Positions 10,982 to 19,918 of a stretch of DNA of 43,307 bases are shown piece by piece. Source of the stretch: Gemmatimonadales bacterium (GTDB lineage: Bacteria; Gemmatimonadota; Gemmatimonadetes; Gemmatimonadales; GWC2-71-9). Position 1 is the stretch's first letter. Each line of letters starts with the position of its first letter. Position numbers and translations under genes: made by a program. Where the stretch lies: assembly GCA_013820855.1 (NCBI GenBank), contig JACDHV010000003.1, positions 1 to 43,307 of the forward strand, written 5' to 3'. The notes below the pieces were generated by a model. That model saw only the letters and a list, made by a program, of their open reading frames with translations, was not told the origin of the DNA and searched no databases.

Positions 10982-11752
10982 GTGGGAGCCGATCCCTCGC
11001 TCCGCTCGGGAGATGACGGAGCGCACCACACTCGAGTTCCACCTTCTCTGGACGACGACCCCGTGATCCGACTCATGAATCTCGACCGCTCCTACGAAGC
11101 CGGCCCGACCCGGACCTACGGGCTCCGGCGCATCAACCTGGAGATCCGGGAAGGCGAGTTCCTCACGATCATGGGACCGTCCGGGGCGGGGAAGTCCACC
11201 CTGCTCAGCATCCTGGGCATGCTCGACAACGCCTGGACCGGCGAGTACTGGTTCCTCGACCAGGCGGTGCACGAGCTGCCGGCCAAGAAGCGGATCGAGC
11301 TCAACAAGAGGTACATCGGCTTCGTATTCCAGAAATACCACCTGATCGACGACCTCACCGTGTACGAGAACCTGGAGATTCCGCTCTCCTACCGCGATAT
11401 CCGGCCCAAGGAGCGCGCGGCGATCGTGGCCGAGTCGCTGGACCGGTTCCAGATCGTGGGCAAGAAGGATCTCTATCCCAGCCAGCTCTCCGGCGGACAG
11501 CAGCAGCTCGTCGGGGTGGCTCGAGCGGTGATCGCCGGCCCCAAGCTGCTGCTCGCCGACGAGCCCACCGGCAACCTGCACAGCGCGCAGGGCGAGGAGA
11601 TCATGGAGCTGTTCACCCGGCTCAACCGGCAAGGAACGACGATCGTGCAGGTGACGCACTCCGAGCGGAACGCCTCGTACGCGCACCGGACGATCCACCT
11701 GCACGACGGCTGGGTGGTGGAGCCGACGGGGCAGGAGGCGCACGCGGGATAG
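10982..11752 (+). CDS. ABC transporter ATP-binding protein (second copy; true start may be GTG 11063)
   Basis: GPSGAGKS, LSGGQQQ, LLADEPTGNLHS, VTHS. Confidence 0.93.
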   Translation: MGADPSLRSGDDGAHHTRVPPSLDDDPVIRLMNLDRSYEAGPTRTYGLRRINLEIREGEFLTIMGPSGAGKSTLLSILGMLDNAWTGEYWFLDQAVHELPAKKRIELNKRYIGFVFQKYHLIDDLTVYENLEIPLSYRDIRPKERAAIVAESLDRFQIVGKKDLYPSQLSGGQQQLVGVARAVIAGPKLLLADEPTGNLHSAQGEEIMELFTRLNRQGTTIVQVTHSERNASYAHRTIHLHDGWVVEPTGQEAHAG

Positions 11753-11754
11753 GC

Positions 11755-11800
11755 CCGCCGGGGAGGGAGCGGGATCCCGGGCAGGTCCCTCCCCGGGCGG
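11755..11800 (+). terminator. GC-rich stem-loop after the ABC operon (no U-tract)
   Basis: CCGCCGGGGAGGGA ... TCCCTCCCCGGGCGG inverted repeat directly after stop 11752. Confidence 0.45.
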
Positions 11801-11861
11801 ACTAGGTGGTGCGATCGCCCGTCTGCCCGACCGCCCCGCCGGCCGCTACATTCTGAGACCC

Positions 11862-13235
11862 GTGCCGAACTCCCCCGCGTCTCCAGCAGCCCAAATCCTG
11901 GTCGCCGACGATCAGCCTCACGTCCGGGAAGCCCTTCGGCTGCTGCTGAAAGGCGAGGGCTACGCCATCGAGACCGCGGCCTCGCCCGCCGGCGTGCTCT
12001 CGGCGGTGCAGGCCGCCGACTTCGACGCCGTGCTCCTCGATTTGAACTACGCGCGCGACACCACCACCGGCCGCGAGGGATTGGAGCTGGTCTCGCAGCT
12101 CCAATCCCTGGACGCCACGCTCCCGACGGTGGTGATGACGGCCTGGGGCAGCGTGGAGAAGGCGGTCGAAGCGATGCGCCGCGGCGCCCGCGACTTCATC
12201 GAGAAGCCATGGGACAACAACCGTCTCCTCGCCACCCTCCGCACCCAGGTCGAGCTGGGCCGCGCGCTGCGGCGCACCCGCCGGCTGGAGGGGGAGAACC
12301 GCCTGCTTCGCCGGGAAGGCGCGCCGGAGCTGATCGCCGTGTCCCCGGCGATGCGTCCCGTGCTCCAGCTCATGGATCGGGTCGCGGCATCGGACGCGAA
12401 CGTGCTGGTGAGCGGCGAGCACGGCACCGGAAAGGAAGTCGTCGCCCAGTGGCTGCATGCCGCGTCGCCCCGCGCGGCACGGCCGCTGGTCGCGGTCAAC
12501 CTCGGTGGGCTCTCCGAAGGCCTCTTCGAGAGCGAGATGTTCGGCCACGTGAAGGGCGCCTTCACCGACGCGCGGATGGATCGCATCGGGCGCTTCGAGC
12601 TGGCCGAAGGCGGCACCCTCCTGCTCGACGAGATCGGGACCCTGGCGCTGCGGCAGCAGGCCAAGCTGCTGCGGGTGCTGGAGACCGGGGAGGTGGAGCG
12701 GGTCGGCGCATCGCGCGCCCGGCGCATCGACGTCCGGCTCCTCTCGGCGACGAACGCGGACCTCTCGGCGGAGGTGGCTGCCGGCCGGTTCCGCGAGGAC
12801 CTGCTCTTCCGGCTCAACACCATCGAGATCCGTCTGCCGTCCCTGCGCGAGCGACGGGAGGACATCAGGGTCCTCGCGGAGCACTTCCTCGGGCGGTACG
12901 CCGCGCGCTACCGGAAGGCGCTGATCGGCTTCGAGCCCGACGCGATCGAGGCGTTGGAGGCGCACGCTTGGCCCGGCAACGTCCGCGAGCTGGACCACGC
13001 GCTGGAGCGCGCGGTCCTCATGGCGCAGGGCGACGTGATCCGCGCCGCGGACCTCGGCCTGCGTCTCGCCCCCGGGGCGGTGCCGCGGCTCAAGGACATG
13101 CCGCTCGAAGAGGTCGAGCGGCTCCTCATCCGGAAGGCGCTGGAGCGGCACGGCGGCAACGTGAGCCAGGCGGCCAAAGCGCTGGGACTGAGCCGCAGCG
13201 CCCTCTACCGGCGGCTCCAGCACTATGGGCTCTAG
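11862..13235 (+). CDS. NtrC-family response regulator (REC-AAA+-Fis HTH), sigma54 activator type
   Basis: ILVADD..LLDLN..FIEKPW receiver; GEHGTGKE Walker A; ESEMFGHVKGAFTDA; FREDLLFRLN; WPGNVREL; C-terminal HTH. Confidence 0.95.
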   Translation: MPNSPASPAAQILVADDQPHVREALRLLLKGEGYAIETAASPAGVLSAVQAADFDAVLLDLNYARDTTTGREGLELVSQLQSLDATLPTVVMTAWGSVEKAVEAMRRGARDFIEKPWDNNRLLATLRTQVELGRALRRTRRLEGENRLLRREGAPELIAVSPAMRPVLQLMDRVAASDANVLVSGEHGTGKEVVAQWLHAASPRAARPLVAVNLGGLSEGLFESEMFGHVKGAFTDARMDRIGRFELAEGGTLLLDEIGTLALRQQAKLLRVLETGEVERVGASRARRIDVRLLSATNADLSAEVAAGRFREDLLFRLNTIEIRLPSLRERREDIRVLAEHFLGRYAARYRKALIGFEPDAIEALEAHAWPGNVRELDHALERAVLMAQGDVIRAADLGLRLAPGAVPRLKDMPLEEVERLLIRKALERHGGNVSQAAKALGLSRSALYRRLQHYGL

Positions 13236-14580
13236 CCGGAAGCGCGCGCGAACCCACGAGTCGAAGGTATTCACGGGTGCCCTCGCCGCCGGGCTCCCGG
13301 CCCTCCTCGTGGCGGAGTGGCTCCTCTGGACCGGCGACCACCCGCTCCGCGTGCGGCTCACCTTCACGCTACTGGCAGTCGGCGCATGGCTGATCGGCGC
13401 GCTGCTCCTTCGCGAGCGTGTCGTCCGCCCGCTGCAGACGATCTCCAACCTGCTCGCCGCCCTGCGCGAGGGCGACTACTCGATTCGCGCGCGCGGCGCG
13501 AGTGCCGACGACGCGCTCGGTCTGGCGCTGCTGGAGGTGAACACGCTGAGCGAGACGCTGCGTGGGCAGCGGCTCCGCGAGCTGGAGGCGACCGCGCTGC
13601 TCCGGCGGGTGATCGAGGAGATCGACGTGGCCGTGTTCGCCTTCGACGGCGACCTCAGGCTCCGGCTGGTGAACCGGAGCGGGGAGCGCCTGCTGGGCCA
13701 GCCCTCCGAGCGGCTGATCGGCCGTCCGTCCGAGACGCTTGGCCTGAGCGACTGGCTGAGTGGCGAAAGTCCCCGTACCTTCGACGCGACGTTTCCCGGG
13801 GGCGCGGGCCGCTGGGAGGTGCGGAGCGGAACCTTCCGCCAGGACGGGCTTCCCCATCAGCTGCTCGTCATCTCCGACCTGAGCCGGGTGCTTCGCGCGG
13901 AAGAACGCCTGGCCTGGCAGCGCCTGGTGCGGGTCCTGGGACACGAGATCAACAACTCCCTCGCGCCGATCAAGTCGATCGCGGGAAGTCTCCGAAGCCT
14001 CGCCGCCCGGCCTGCCCGGCCCGCGGACTGGGAGAACGATCTCCGCTCGGGACTCGAAATCATCGAGGGCCGCTCCGAGGCACTCGGGAGGTTCATGGGC
14101 GCCTACGCGCGGCTCGCCCGCCTGCCGCGGCCGGTGCCGGGCTCTGTGGACGTGGCCGGCTGGGTGCGCCGGATAGCGGCGCTGGAGACGAGGCTGGAGG
14201 TGAGGGTGACGGGTGGTCCGGCGGTCACCGTCACCGCCGACGGCGACCAGCTCGACCAGCTGCTCATCAACCTTGTCCGCAATGCCGCCGACGCCGCGCT
14301 CGAAGCCGCCGGCGGCGTGGAGGTCGGTTGGAGCACCGTGGCCGGCGTGCTCGAGGTGGTGGTGGAAGACGAGGGTCCCGGCCTTCCGGATCCCGGCAAT
14401 CTCTTCGTGCCGTTCTTCACCACCAAGGCGACCGGCTCGGGGATCGGTCTGGTGCTGAGCCGCCAGATTGCCGAAGCGCACGGCGGGGCGCTGTCGCTGG
14501 AGCCCCGGAAGCGAGGTCGCGGCGCCCGCGCCTGCCTCCGGCTGCCGCTCGGCGAGCGGAGGGAACCGGGCTTCTCCTGA
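13225..14580 (+). CDS. Membrane sensor histidine kinase (TM-HAMP-PAS-HisKA-HATPase)
   Basis: VLGHEINNSL H-box, INLVRNA N-box, DEGPG, PFFTTK, GSGIGL; overlaps the regulator. Confidence 0.93.
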   Translation: MGSSRKRARTHESKVFTGALAAGLPALLVAEWLLWTGDHPLRVRLTFTLLAVGAWLIGALLLRERVVRPLQTISNLLAALREGDYSIRARGASADDALGLALLEVNTLSETLRGQRLRELEATALLRRVIEEIDVAVFAFDGDLRLRLVNRSGERLLGQPSERLIGRPSETLGLSDWLSGESPRTFDATFPGGAGRWEVRSGTFRQDGLPHQLLVISDLSRVLRAEERLAWQRLVRVLGHEINNSLAPIKSIAGSLRSLAARPARPADWENDLRSGLEIIEGRSEALGRFMGAYARLARLPRPVPGSVDVAGWVRRIAALETRLEVRVTGGPAVTVTADGDQLDQLLINLVRNAADAALEAAGGVEVGWSTVAGVLEVVVEDEGPGLPDPGNLFVPFFTTKATGSGIGLVLSRQIAEAHGGALSLEPRKRGRGARACLRLPLGERREPGFS

Positions 14581-14657
14581 CGGTCGTCCGGCGAAGGCGG
14601 CCGGGCGGCTGGAACGGTGGGCGTTCGTGAATCCAATTCTGAAACGAGGCGGCGGAG

Positions 14658-15104
14658 ATGTTCAAGGAATTCAAGGCATTCGCCATGCGGGGGAACGTCG
14701 TCGATCTGGCGGTGGGCATCATCATCGGCGGGGCGTTCGGCAGCATCGTACGGTCGCTGGTAGACGACGTCATCATGCCGCCGATCGGTCTCGCGCTCGG
14801 CAATGTGGACTTTTCGGATCTTTTCCTTCTGCTGAGTGAGGGAGTCAAGGCTGCGCCGCCCTACACCACGCTGGCCGAAGCTCAGCAGGCCGGCGCCGTC
14901 ACCATCAATTACGGCCTCTTCGTCAACAGTGTCATCACGTTTCTCATCATCGCCCTCGCGGTATTCCTGCTGGTCCGCTCCATCAATCGTCTCCAGCCCC
15001 AGGAGGCTGCCGCGGCACCGTCGACCAAGGATTGTCCCTACTGCCGGATGCCGATTCCCGTCGGTGCCACGCGGTGCCCGGAGTGCACGTCGGAGTTGCG
15101 GTAG
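14658..15104 (+). CDS. mscL: Large-conductance mechanosensitive channel with C-terminal CxxC...CxxC tail
   Basis: MFKEFKAFAMRGNVVDLAVGIIIGGAFGSIV; NYGLFVN; GAGG/GGAG RBS. Confidence 0.96.
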   Translation: MFKEFKAFAMRGNVVDLAVGIIIGGAFGSIVRSLVDDVIMPPIGLALGNVDFSDLFLLLSEGVKAAPPYTTLAEAQQAGAVTINYGLFVNSVITFLIIALAVFLLVRSINRLQPQEAAAAPSTKDCPYCRMPIPVGATRCPECTSELR

Positions 15105-15154
15105 GTGGGCGGGAGAATCCGCCATGCCGGCGAGCGCGGACGAGACTCCACCTA

Positions 15155-15202
15155 ACTTTGTACCGCCAAGTACTTGCTGGCAGAGTCAATCCTTCCTATA
15201 GT
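15155..15202 (+). promoter_or_regulatory. Sigma70-like promoter with an adjacent palindromic operator candidate
   Basis: TTGCTG(15174-79)-N17-TATAGT(15197-202), 5 nt before ATG 15208; ACTTTG-TACCG-CCAAGT (15155-71) lies just upstream of the -35. Confidence 0.65.
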
Positions 15203-15207
15203 GCGTG

Positions 15208-15831
15208 ATGGCGTCTCCCCAGCGCGTTCCCCGCGAGCGCGTCCCCCGCCGCCCGGCCCACCCGCTGCACGCGCGAGCCATGGACGACCTGTCGTTCATC
15301 CGCAGGACCATGGAGCATGCCACCGCGTTTACCGCCGTGCCGGGCTGGGGGGGTGTGGCCATGGGCGTCACTGCCCTCGCCGCCGCGACGCTCGCGAGCC
15401 GGGGCGCCACGCCGGCCGAGTGGCTGGCAACCTGGCTGATCGCCTCCGCCGCAGCGCTGCTGATCGGCGGGTGGGCGATGGCGAGAAAGGCGCGCCATGC
15501 CGGCACCACGGTGTTCTCGTACTCGGGGCGGCGTTTCGTGCTCGGTTTCCTTCCGCCGCTCGCGGTCGGCGCGCTGCTCACCGCTGCGGTGGCGCGTGCG
15601 GGGCTCTATCAGGCGCTCCCGGGCACCTGGCTGCTGCTCTACGGCGCCGGGGTCGTGACAGGCGGGGCCTTTTCGCTTCGAATCGTGCCGATCATGGGCG
15701 TCTGCTTCGTAGTCCTCGGCGTGGTGGCGCTCTTCGGGCCCCCAGCCTGGGGGAATGCACTCATGGCGGCGGGGTTCGGCGGCCTCCACATCGTGTTCGG
15801 TCTGCTGATCGCCAGGAGGTACGGTGGCTAA
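15208..15831 (+). CDS. Hypothetical multi-pass membrane protein (~6 TM)
   Basis: Hydrophobic ORF, DDLSFIRRTME N-terminus, GFGGLHIVFG C-terminus; overlaps the regulator. Confidence 0.8.
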   Translation: MASPQRVPRERVPRRPAHPLHARAMDDLSFIRRTMEHATAFTAVPGWGGVAMGVTALAAATLASRGATPAEWLATWLIASAAALLIGGWAMARKARHAGTTVFSYSGRRFVLGFLPPLAVGALLTAAVARAGLYQALPGTWLLLYGAGVVTGGAFSLRIVPIMGVCFVVLGVVALFGPPAWGNALMAAGFGGLHIVFGLLIARRYGG

Positions 15832-16213
15832 ATCCAATCTCGCGCCGCGCGACCCGAACGAAGGCGCGCCCGGACGGCGGCGGCTGGAAGGCGTTCGCGG
15901 CGAGGCGGCGGGTCACGGCCCGTTGGAGCTCGACCGGCTGATCCACGAGCGAATGCGACTGGCGATCGTGAGCGCCCTTGCGGTCAACGACTCCCTCACG
16001 TTCAACGAGCTCAAGCGCCTGCTGGACACGACCGATGGCAACCTCAGCGTGCACGCGCGCAAGCTCGAGGAAGCCGATTATATCGTGTGCACCAAGTCGT
16101 TCGAGGGCAGAGTGCCGCGCACCCGGTACCAGCTGAGCGCGGCGGGCCGTCAGGCGCTCGAGCGCTATCTCGCCCACATGGAGGCGCTCATTCGCGCCAC
16201 CCGGGAGCGGTAG
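15824..16213 (+). CDS. Winged-helix transcriptional regulator (ArsR/MarR-like, HTH_34 type)
   Basis: [47 protein letters not shown]. Confidence 0.9.
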   Translation: MAKSNLAPRDPNEGAPGRRRLEGVRGEAAGHGPLELDRLIHERMRLAIVSALAVNDSLTFNELKRLLDTTDGNLSVHARKLEEADYIVCTKSFEGRVPRTRYQLSAAGRQALERYLAHMEALIRATRER

Positions 16214-16234
16214 AACCTTTTTTTTTGGAGAGTT

Positions 16235-16251
16235 ACTTTATGCAGCAAAGC
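16235..16251 (+). promoter_or_regulatory. Second operator-like palindrome overlapping the uppS start codon
   Basis: ACTTTA-TGCAG-CAAAGC contains ATG 16240; a T9 tract lies at 16218-16226. Confidence 0.55.
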
Positions 16252-16953
16252 GCTCTTCACGTCGGCATCATCATGGACGGCAACGGCCGGTGGGCGGCCC
16301 GGGGCGGCCAGGACCGCTCGCTTGGCCACCACGAGGGAGCCCGCGCGGTTCGCCGGGTCGTGGAGGCGGCACCCGAGCTGGGGATCGGCGTGCTGACGCT
16401 GTACGCCTTTTCAGCCGACAACTGGCGGCGACCGCCGGCGGAGGTGGCGGTGCTCATGCGGCTCTTCCGGGAGTACTTGCGGGTCGAGGCCGAGCGCTGC
16501 ATCGAGAACGGGGTCCGGCTGGAGATCATCGGCCGTCGGGACCGCATCGATCGGCGTCTGCGCCGGCGCATCGATGCCAGCGAGCGCGCCACCGCCGCCG
16601 GCGCCCGGCTCCACCTCCGGATCGCGTTGGACTATTCGTCGAGGGACGCCATCCTTCGGGCCGCCCAGTGCCTCCGGCCGGACACCGTGCCGACCCGCGA
16701 CTCCTTCGGCCGCCTGCTCGCGATCGTGGATCACGGAACGCCGGTTCCGGAGCTCGACCTGCTCATTCGCACCGGAGGAGAGCGCCGACTCAGCGACTTC
16801 CTGCTCTGGGAGGCGGCCTACGCCGAGCTGCTCTTCGTGGAGCGGATGTGGCCCGATTTCGGAGCCGAGGATCTCGCCCAGGCACTCGGGGAATTCGCGA
16901 CCAGAGAGCGCCGGTACGGGGGCCTGCGACCGGCGACCGCCGATGCTTGCTGA
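16240..16953 (+). CDS. uppS: cis-prenyltransferase / undecaprenyl diphosphate synthase
   Basis: [55 protein letters not shown]; GGAG RBS. Confidence 0.92.
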   Translation: MQQSALHVGIIMDGNGRWAARGGQDRSLGHHEGARAVRRVVEAAPELGIGVLTLYAFSADNWRRPPAEVAVLMRLFREYLRVEAERCIENGVRLEIIGRRDRIDRRLRRRIDASERATAAGARLHLRIALDYSSRDAILRAAQCLRPDTVPTRDSFGRLLAIVDHGTPVPELDLLIRTGGERRLSDFLLWEAAYAELLFVERMWPDFGAEDLAQALGEFATRERRYGGLRPATADAC

Positions 16954-17245
16954 ATATCGGATCGACTCGAGTTTGTCGCGGGGACGGTGAACGCGGACCG
17001 GGGATCATTCGGGAGGAGGCTCCACGATATGGCGCGCACCGACGCGCAGTACCGGGTGGCTGGTGCGGCTGCTCACACACGGAAAACACTTAACGATGAC
17101 GCCGGAAGACGTTAGACACTGGTAGCTTAGTAGGTTATCTTAAAGTGATTTATGTGCTGCCACCTGTGCTTTATGGACGCGTGATTTCCGGAAGCGATCC
17201 CTGCCTGCGCGCGCCGGATGTCGAATCTCTCGGGAGGGCTCCGCC

Positions 17246-17670
17246 ATTTCCCCCATTCGTGAGGTGTATCCCTACCTCATCGTTCGCGGTGCCGCGGCCG
17301 CCCTGTGGAGTTCTACCGCGAAGTCTTCGGCGCGGAAGAGACCGTGAGGATGGCCGACCCGGACGGCCGGCGCATCGGCCATGCGGAACTGAGGCTGGGC
17401 CCCGCCACCATCATGGTGGCCGACGAATACCCCGAGCTCGGCATCCTGAGCCCCGCAGCCTATGGCGGAACCGGCATGACGCTCCACCTTCACGTGGACG
17501 ATGCGGACGCGATGGCGGATCGTGCGCTCCGCGCCGGAGCCACGATGGTGCGGGAGCCCGCCGACTTCGACCATGGCGAGCGCCAGTGCCGGGTGCGCGA
17601 TCCCTTCGGCCACGAGTGGCTGCTGGGACACGAGATCCGGAAGCCCCCCATGGACGAGGTGCTACGCTAG
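17246..17670 (+). pseudogene. VOC/PhnB-like glyoxalase-family protein, frameshifted at ~17305, with ATT at the expected start
   Basis: GGAGG then ATT-SPIREVYPYLIVRGAAAAL in one frame; EFYREVFGA..HAELRLG..DPFGHEWL in another. Confidence 0.8.
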
Positions 17671-17775
17671 GCGGCCCGGGCGTGGCCGGCGCCGGCGTGG
17701 GAGAAGCCGTTCACACCTTGACGGGGACGGCAGAAGCTATCAAGGTGTACGCGTATTCCCTTGACATGTGAGTAT

Positions 17776-18066
17776 ATGATGCCGCAGCCAACGACGCTGG
17801 CAGGTCAGCGCCCGAGCTCCGCTGCAGCCACTTTGCCTCTCGGCGAACGCCGCGAGGCCCGCCTCCGTCCCGAGCACGCCACGCGCTACCCGGGCATCGA
17901 GGCGAATCTATGGGAGCCGGCCGCCGTGCTGTGTGACCGAGTGCTCGCAGGTGGGTTGCTCCGCGGATCGCCGGTTGGCTGGCGCGACCGTGTGCTGCCC
18001 GCAGAGCATTTCGAGTTCCGTGGTGGATTCCCTGAAGGCGAGCGCCCGCGGCGCGAAGATCGCTGA
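17776..18066 (+). CDS. Small hypothetical protein (96 aa)
   Basis: ORF fills the gap between VOC and the amidohydrolase; REARLRPEHATRYPG...RVLPAEHFEFRGG looks protein-like. Confidence 0.65.
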   Translation: MMPQPTTLAGQRPSSAAATLPLGERREARLRPEHATRYPGIEANLWEPAAVLCDRVLAGGLLRGSPVGWRDRVLPAEHFEFRGGFPEGERPRREDR

Positions 18067-18092
18067 GCGGGTCGCTCGCTGCGTCACCCCGA

Positions 18093-18120
18093 CGGGCCGC
18101 ACCCTCCCGGTGCGGGCCCG
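18093..18120. terminator. Stem-loop between convergent genes
   Basis: CGGGCCGCACC-CTCCC-GGTGCGGGCCCG. Confidence 0.4.
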
Positions 18121-18159
18121 ATTGGTCGTGCGTGCCTGGAGAAGTCGCTCGCTGGAAGT

Positions 18160-19866
18160 CTATCGATCCGCGCCACCCCGCTGAAACACCGTTTTTCCCT
18201 CCAGTATCGTCCGCACCACGGGCACTCCGTGAATCTCGTGCGGCCCGACGTCGAACAGGTTCCTCTCCAGGATCACCAGATCGGCGAGCTTCCCGACTTC
18301 GATCGAGCCCGTCTCCCGCTCCTGGTGATTCTCGTACGCCGTGTTGATGGTGTACATCGCGATGGCCGTGGGGAGGTCCACCACCTCCTCCGGACGCCAG
18401 GGTGCTCCGGTCGAGCCGTCGGACGGCGCCCGCCGCGTGATCGCGACCTGGATGCCGTCCAGCGGCGCGAGTGACGAGACGGACCAATCGCTCCCTCCCG
18501 ACACCACCGCCCCGGACTCGACTACGCTGCCGATCGGATAGAGCCAGCGGGAGCGCGACGGTCCGAGCGCGGGCTCCGCGAGCCTGGTGAGGTACTCGTC
18601 CCCATTGGCCCAGAACGGCTCGAAGTTGGCGATGACGCCGAGCCGCCTGAACCTGGGAATGTCGGCCGAGTCGATGAGCTGGAGGTGGGTGATGGTGTGC
18701 CTGGCGTCGCGCGGACCGTTCGCCTGCCTCGCGTGCTCGAAGGCGTCGAGGGTCATGCGGATCGCGCGGTCGCCGATGGCGTGCACGTGGATCTGCCATC
18801 CGTCGCGGTCGAGCGCGGCGGCGAGACTGTCGAGCATCGGCTGGGCATAGGTGGGCCTGCCGGTGTCGCCCCCGCGGTCGAGATACGGCGCGAGGAGCGC
18901 CGCGGTCCCGGATTCGATCACGCCGTCCTGGTACAGCTTCGCGGCGATCGGACGGACCCGCGGCCTCGCGTATCGGGTACGCCAGCCCCTCAGGCGGGTC
19001 ACGAGGTCCGCGACACCGATCGAGTCGGGCTCGGCAGCCACGGCGACCGTGAGCCGGACGGTGAGCCGGTCGGCGCTGTCCGCCGCGGCGTAGGCTCGGA
19101 GATGGCTTTCCGGCGCGGACGCCTCCAGCACCGCGGTGATGCCGGCTTCGTTCGCCAGCCGCTGCGCCCGATCCAGCCCGGCCGCCAGCTCGGCGGCGGT
19201 CCGCTCGGGAAGGAGCCGCGACACCAGATGGATGGCGCTCTCGCGCAGAGTCCCGCTCGGCTCACCGCTGCGGGGATCGCGCTCGATCCGGCCATGCGCC
19301 GGGTCCGGCGTGTCGCGGGTGATCCCGGCGAGCTCCAGCGCCCTGCTGTTGGCCCAGGCGGAGTGGCCGTCCGCCGCGTCGATCAGCGCGGGCCGGTCGG
19401 AGACGACCCGGTCGAGCAGGGCACGCGAAGGATTCGCGCCGGGAAAGGCGGTCAGCTCCCAGCCGACCCCGCGCACCCAGGGCACCTCGGGCCGCGCCGC
19501 CGCGCACGCGGCGATCGAGTCGGCGATCGTCGCGGCGCTCTCGAGGGTGAACAGCGTGCACTCGCCGAGCTCCACGCCGCCGGTGAGAAGATGAACGTGC
19601 CCGTCCTGGAATCCCGGCAGCACCATCCTTCCGGCCAGGTCGATCGTCTCCGTCGCGGGGCCGATCATTCCGCCGGGAACGCTGTCGCTCCCCACGTACA
19701 CGATTCGCCCGTTCTTCACGCCGACGGCGGTGGCCCACCGCCGCGCCGCGTCCACCGTGTAGACCGCGCCGCCGCGGAGCAGGAGATCGGCGGGCTGCGC
19801 GACCGGCGCGGCATCGCCCGACCGGCACGCCAAAGTGAAGAGGATGCCGAGGGAGCGCCACTGCAC
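18160..19866 (-). CDS. YtcJ-like amidohydrolase (Amidohydro_3), probable lipoprotein
   Basis: PGFQDGHVH, DGHSAWANS, HAIGDRA, HLQ, GSDW, GSIEVGKLADLVIL; LAC lipobox. Confidence 0.92.
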   Translation of the reverse strand: MQWRSLGILFTLACRSGDAAPVAQPADLLLRGGAVYTVDAARRWATAVGVKNGRIVYVGSDSVPGGMIGPATETIDLAGRMVLPGFQDGHVHLLTGGVELGECTLFTLESAATIADSIAACAAARPEVPWVRGVGWELTAFPGANPSRALLDRVVSDRPALIDAADGHSAWANSRALELAGITRDTPDPAHGRIERDPRSGEPSGTLRESAIHLVSRLLPERTAAELAAGLDRAQRLANEAGITAVLEASAPESHLRAYAAADSADRLTVRLTVAVAAEPDSIGVADLVTRLRGWRTRYARPRVRPIAAKLYQDGVIESGTAALLAPYLDRGGDTGRPTYAQPMLDSLAAALDRDGWQIHVHAIGDRAIRMTLDAFEHARQANGPRDARHTITHLQLIDSADIPRFRRLGVIANFEPFWANGDEYLTRLAEPALGPSRSRWLYPIGSVVESGAVVSGGSDWSVSSLAPLDGIQVAITRRAPSDGSTGAPWRPEEVVDLPTAIAMYTINTAYENHQERETGSIEVGKLADLVILERNLFDVGPHEIHGVPVVRTILEGKTVFQRGGADR

Positions 19867-19918
19867 CAGATCCTGGAAATCGATGATGGGGCGTCGGAGT
19901 GGAGTCGACAGGGACCGC

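Noticed and set aside
280-11743. Very long minus-strand ORFs (e.g. 5665..8424, 9794..11743)
   Set aside because: Antisense shadows of high-GC permease and ATPase genes, with no recognisable motifs
16087-16239. N-terminal extension of uppS
   Set aside because: It overlaps the regulator; the RBS and the start of homology point to ATG 16240
17118-17145. dif site
   Set aside because: Only a XerD-like half; the XerC arm does not match
17761-17780. Perfect TTGACA as the promoter of the small ORF
   Set aside because: No -10 hexamer at 16-18 nt spacing
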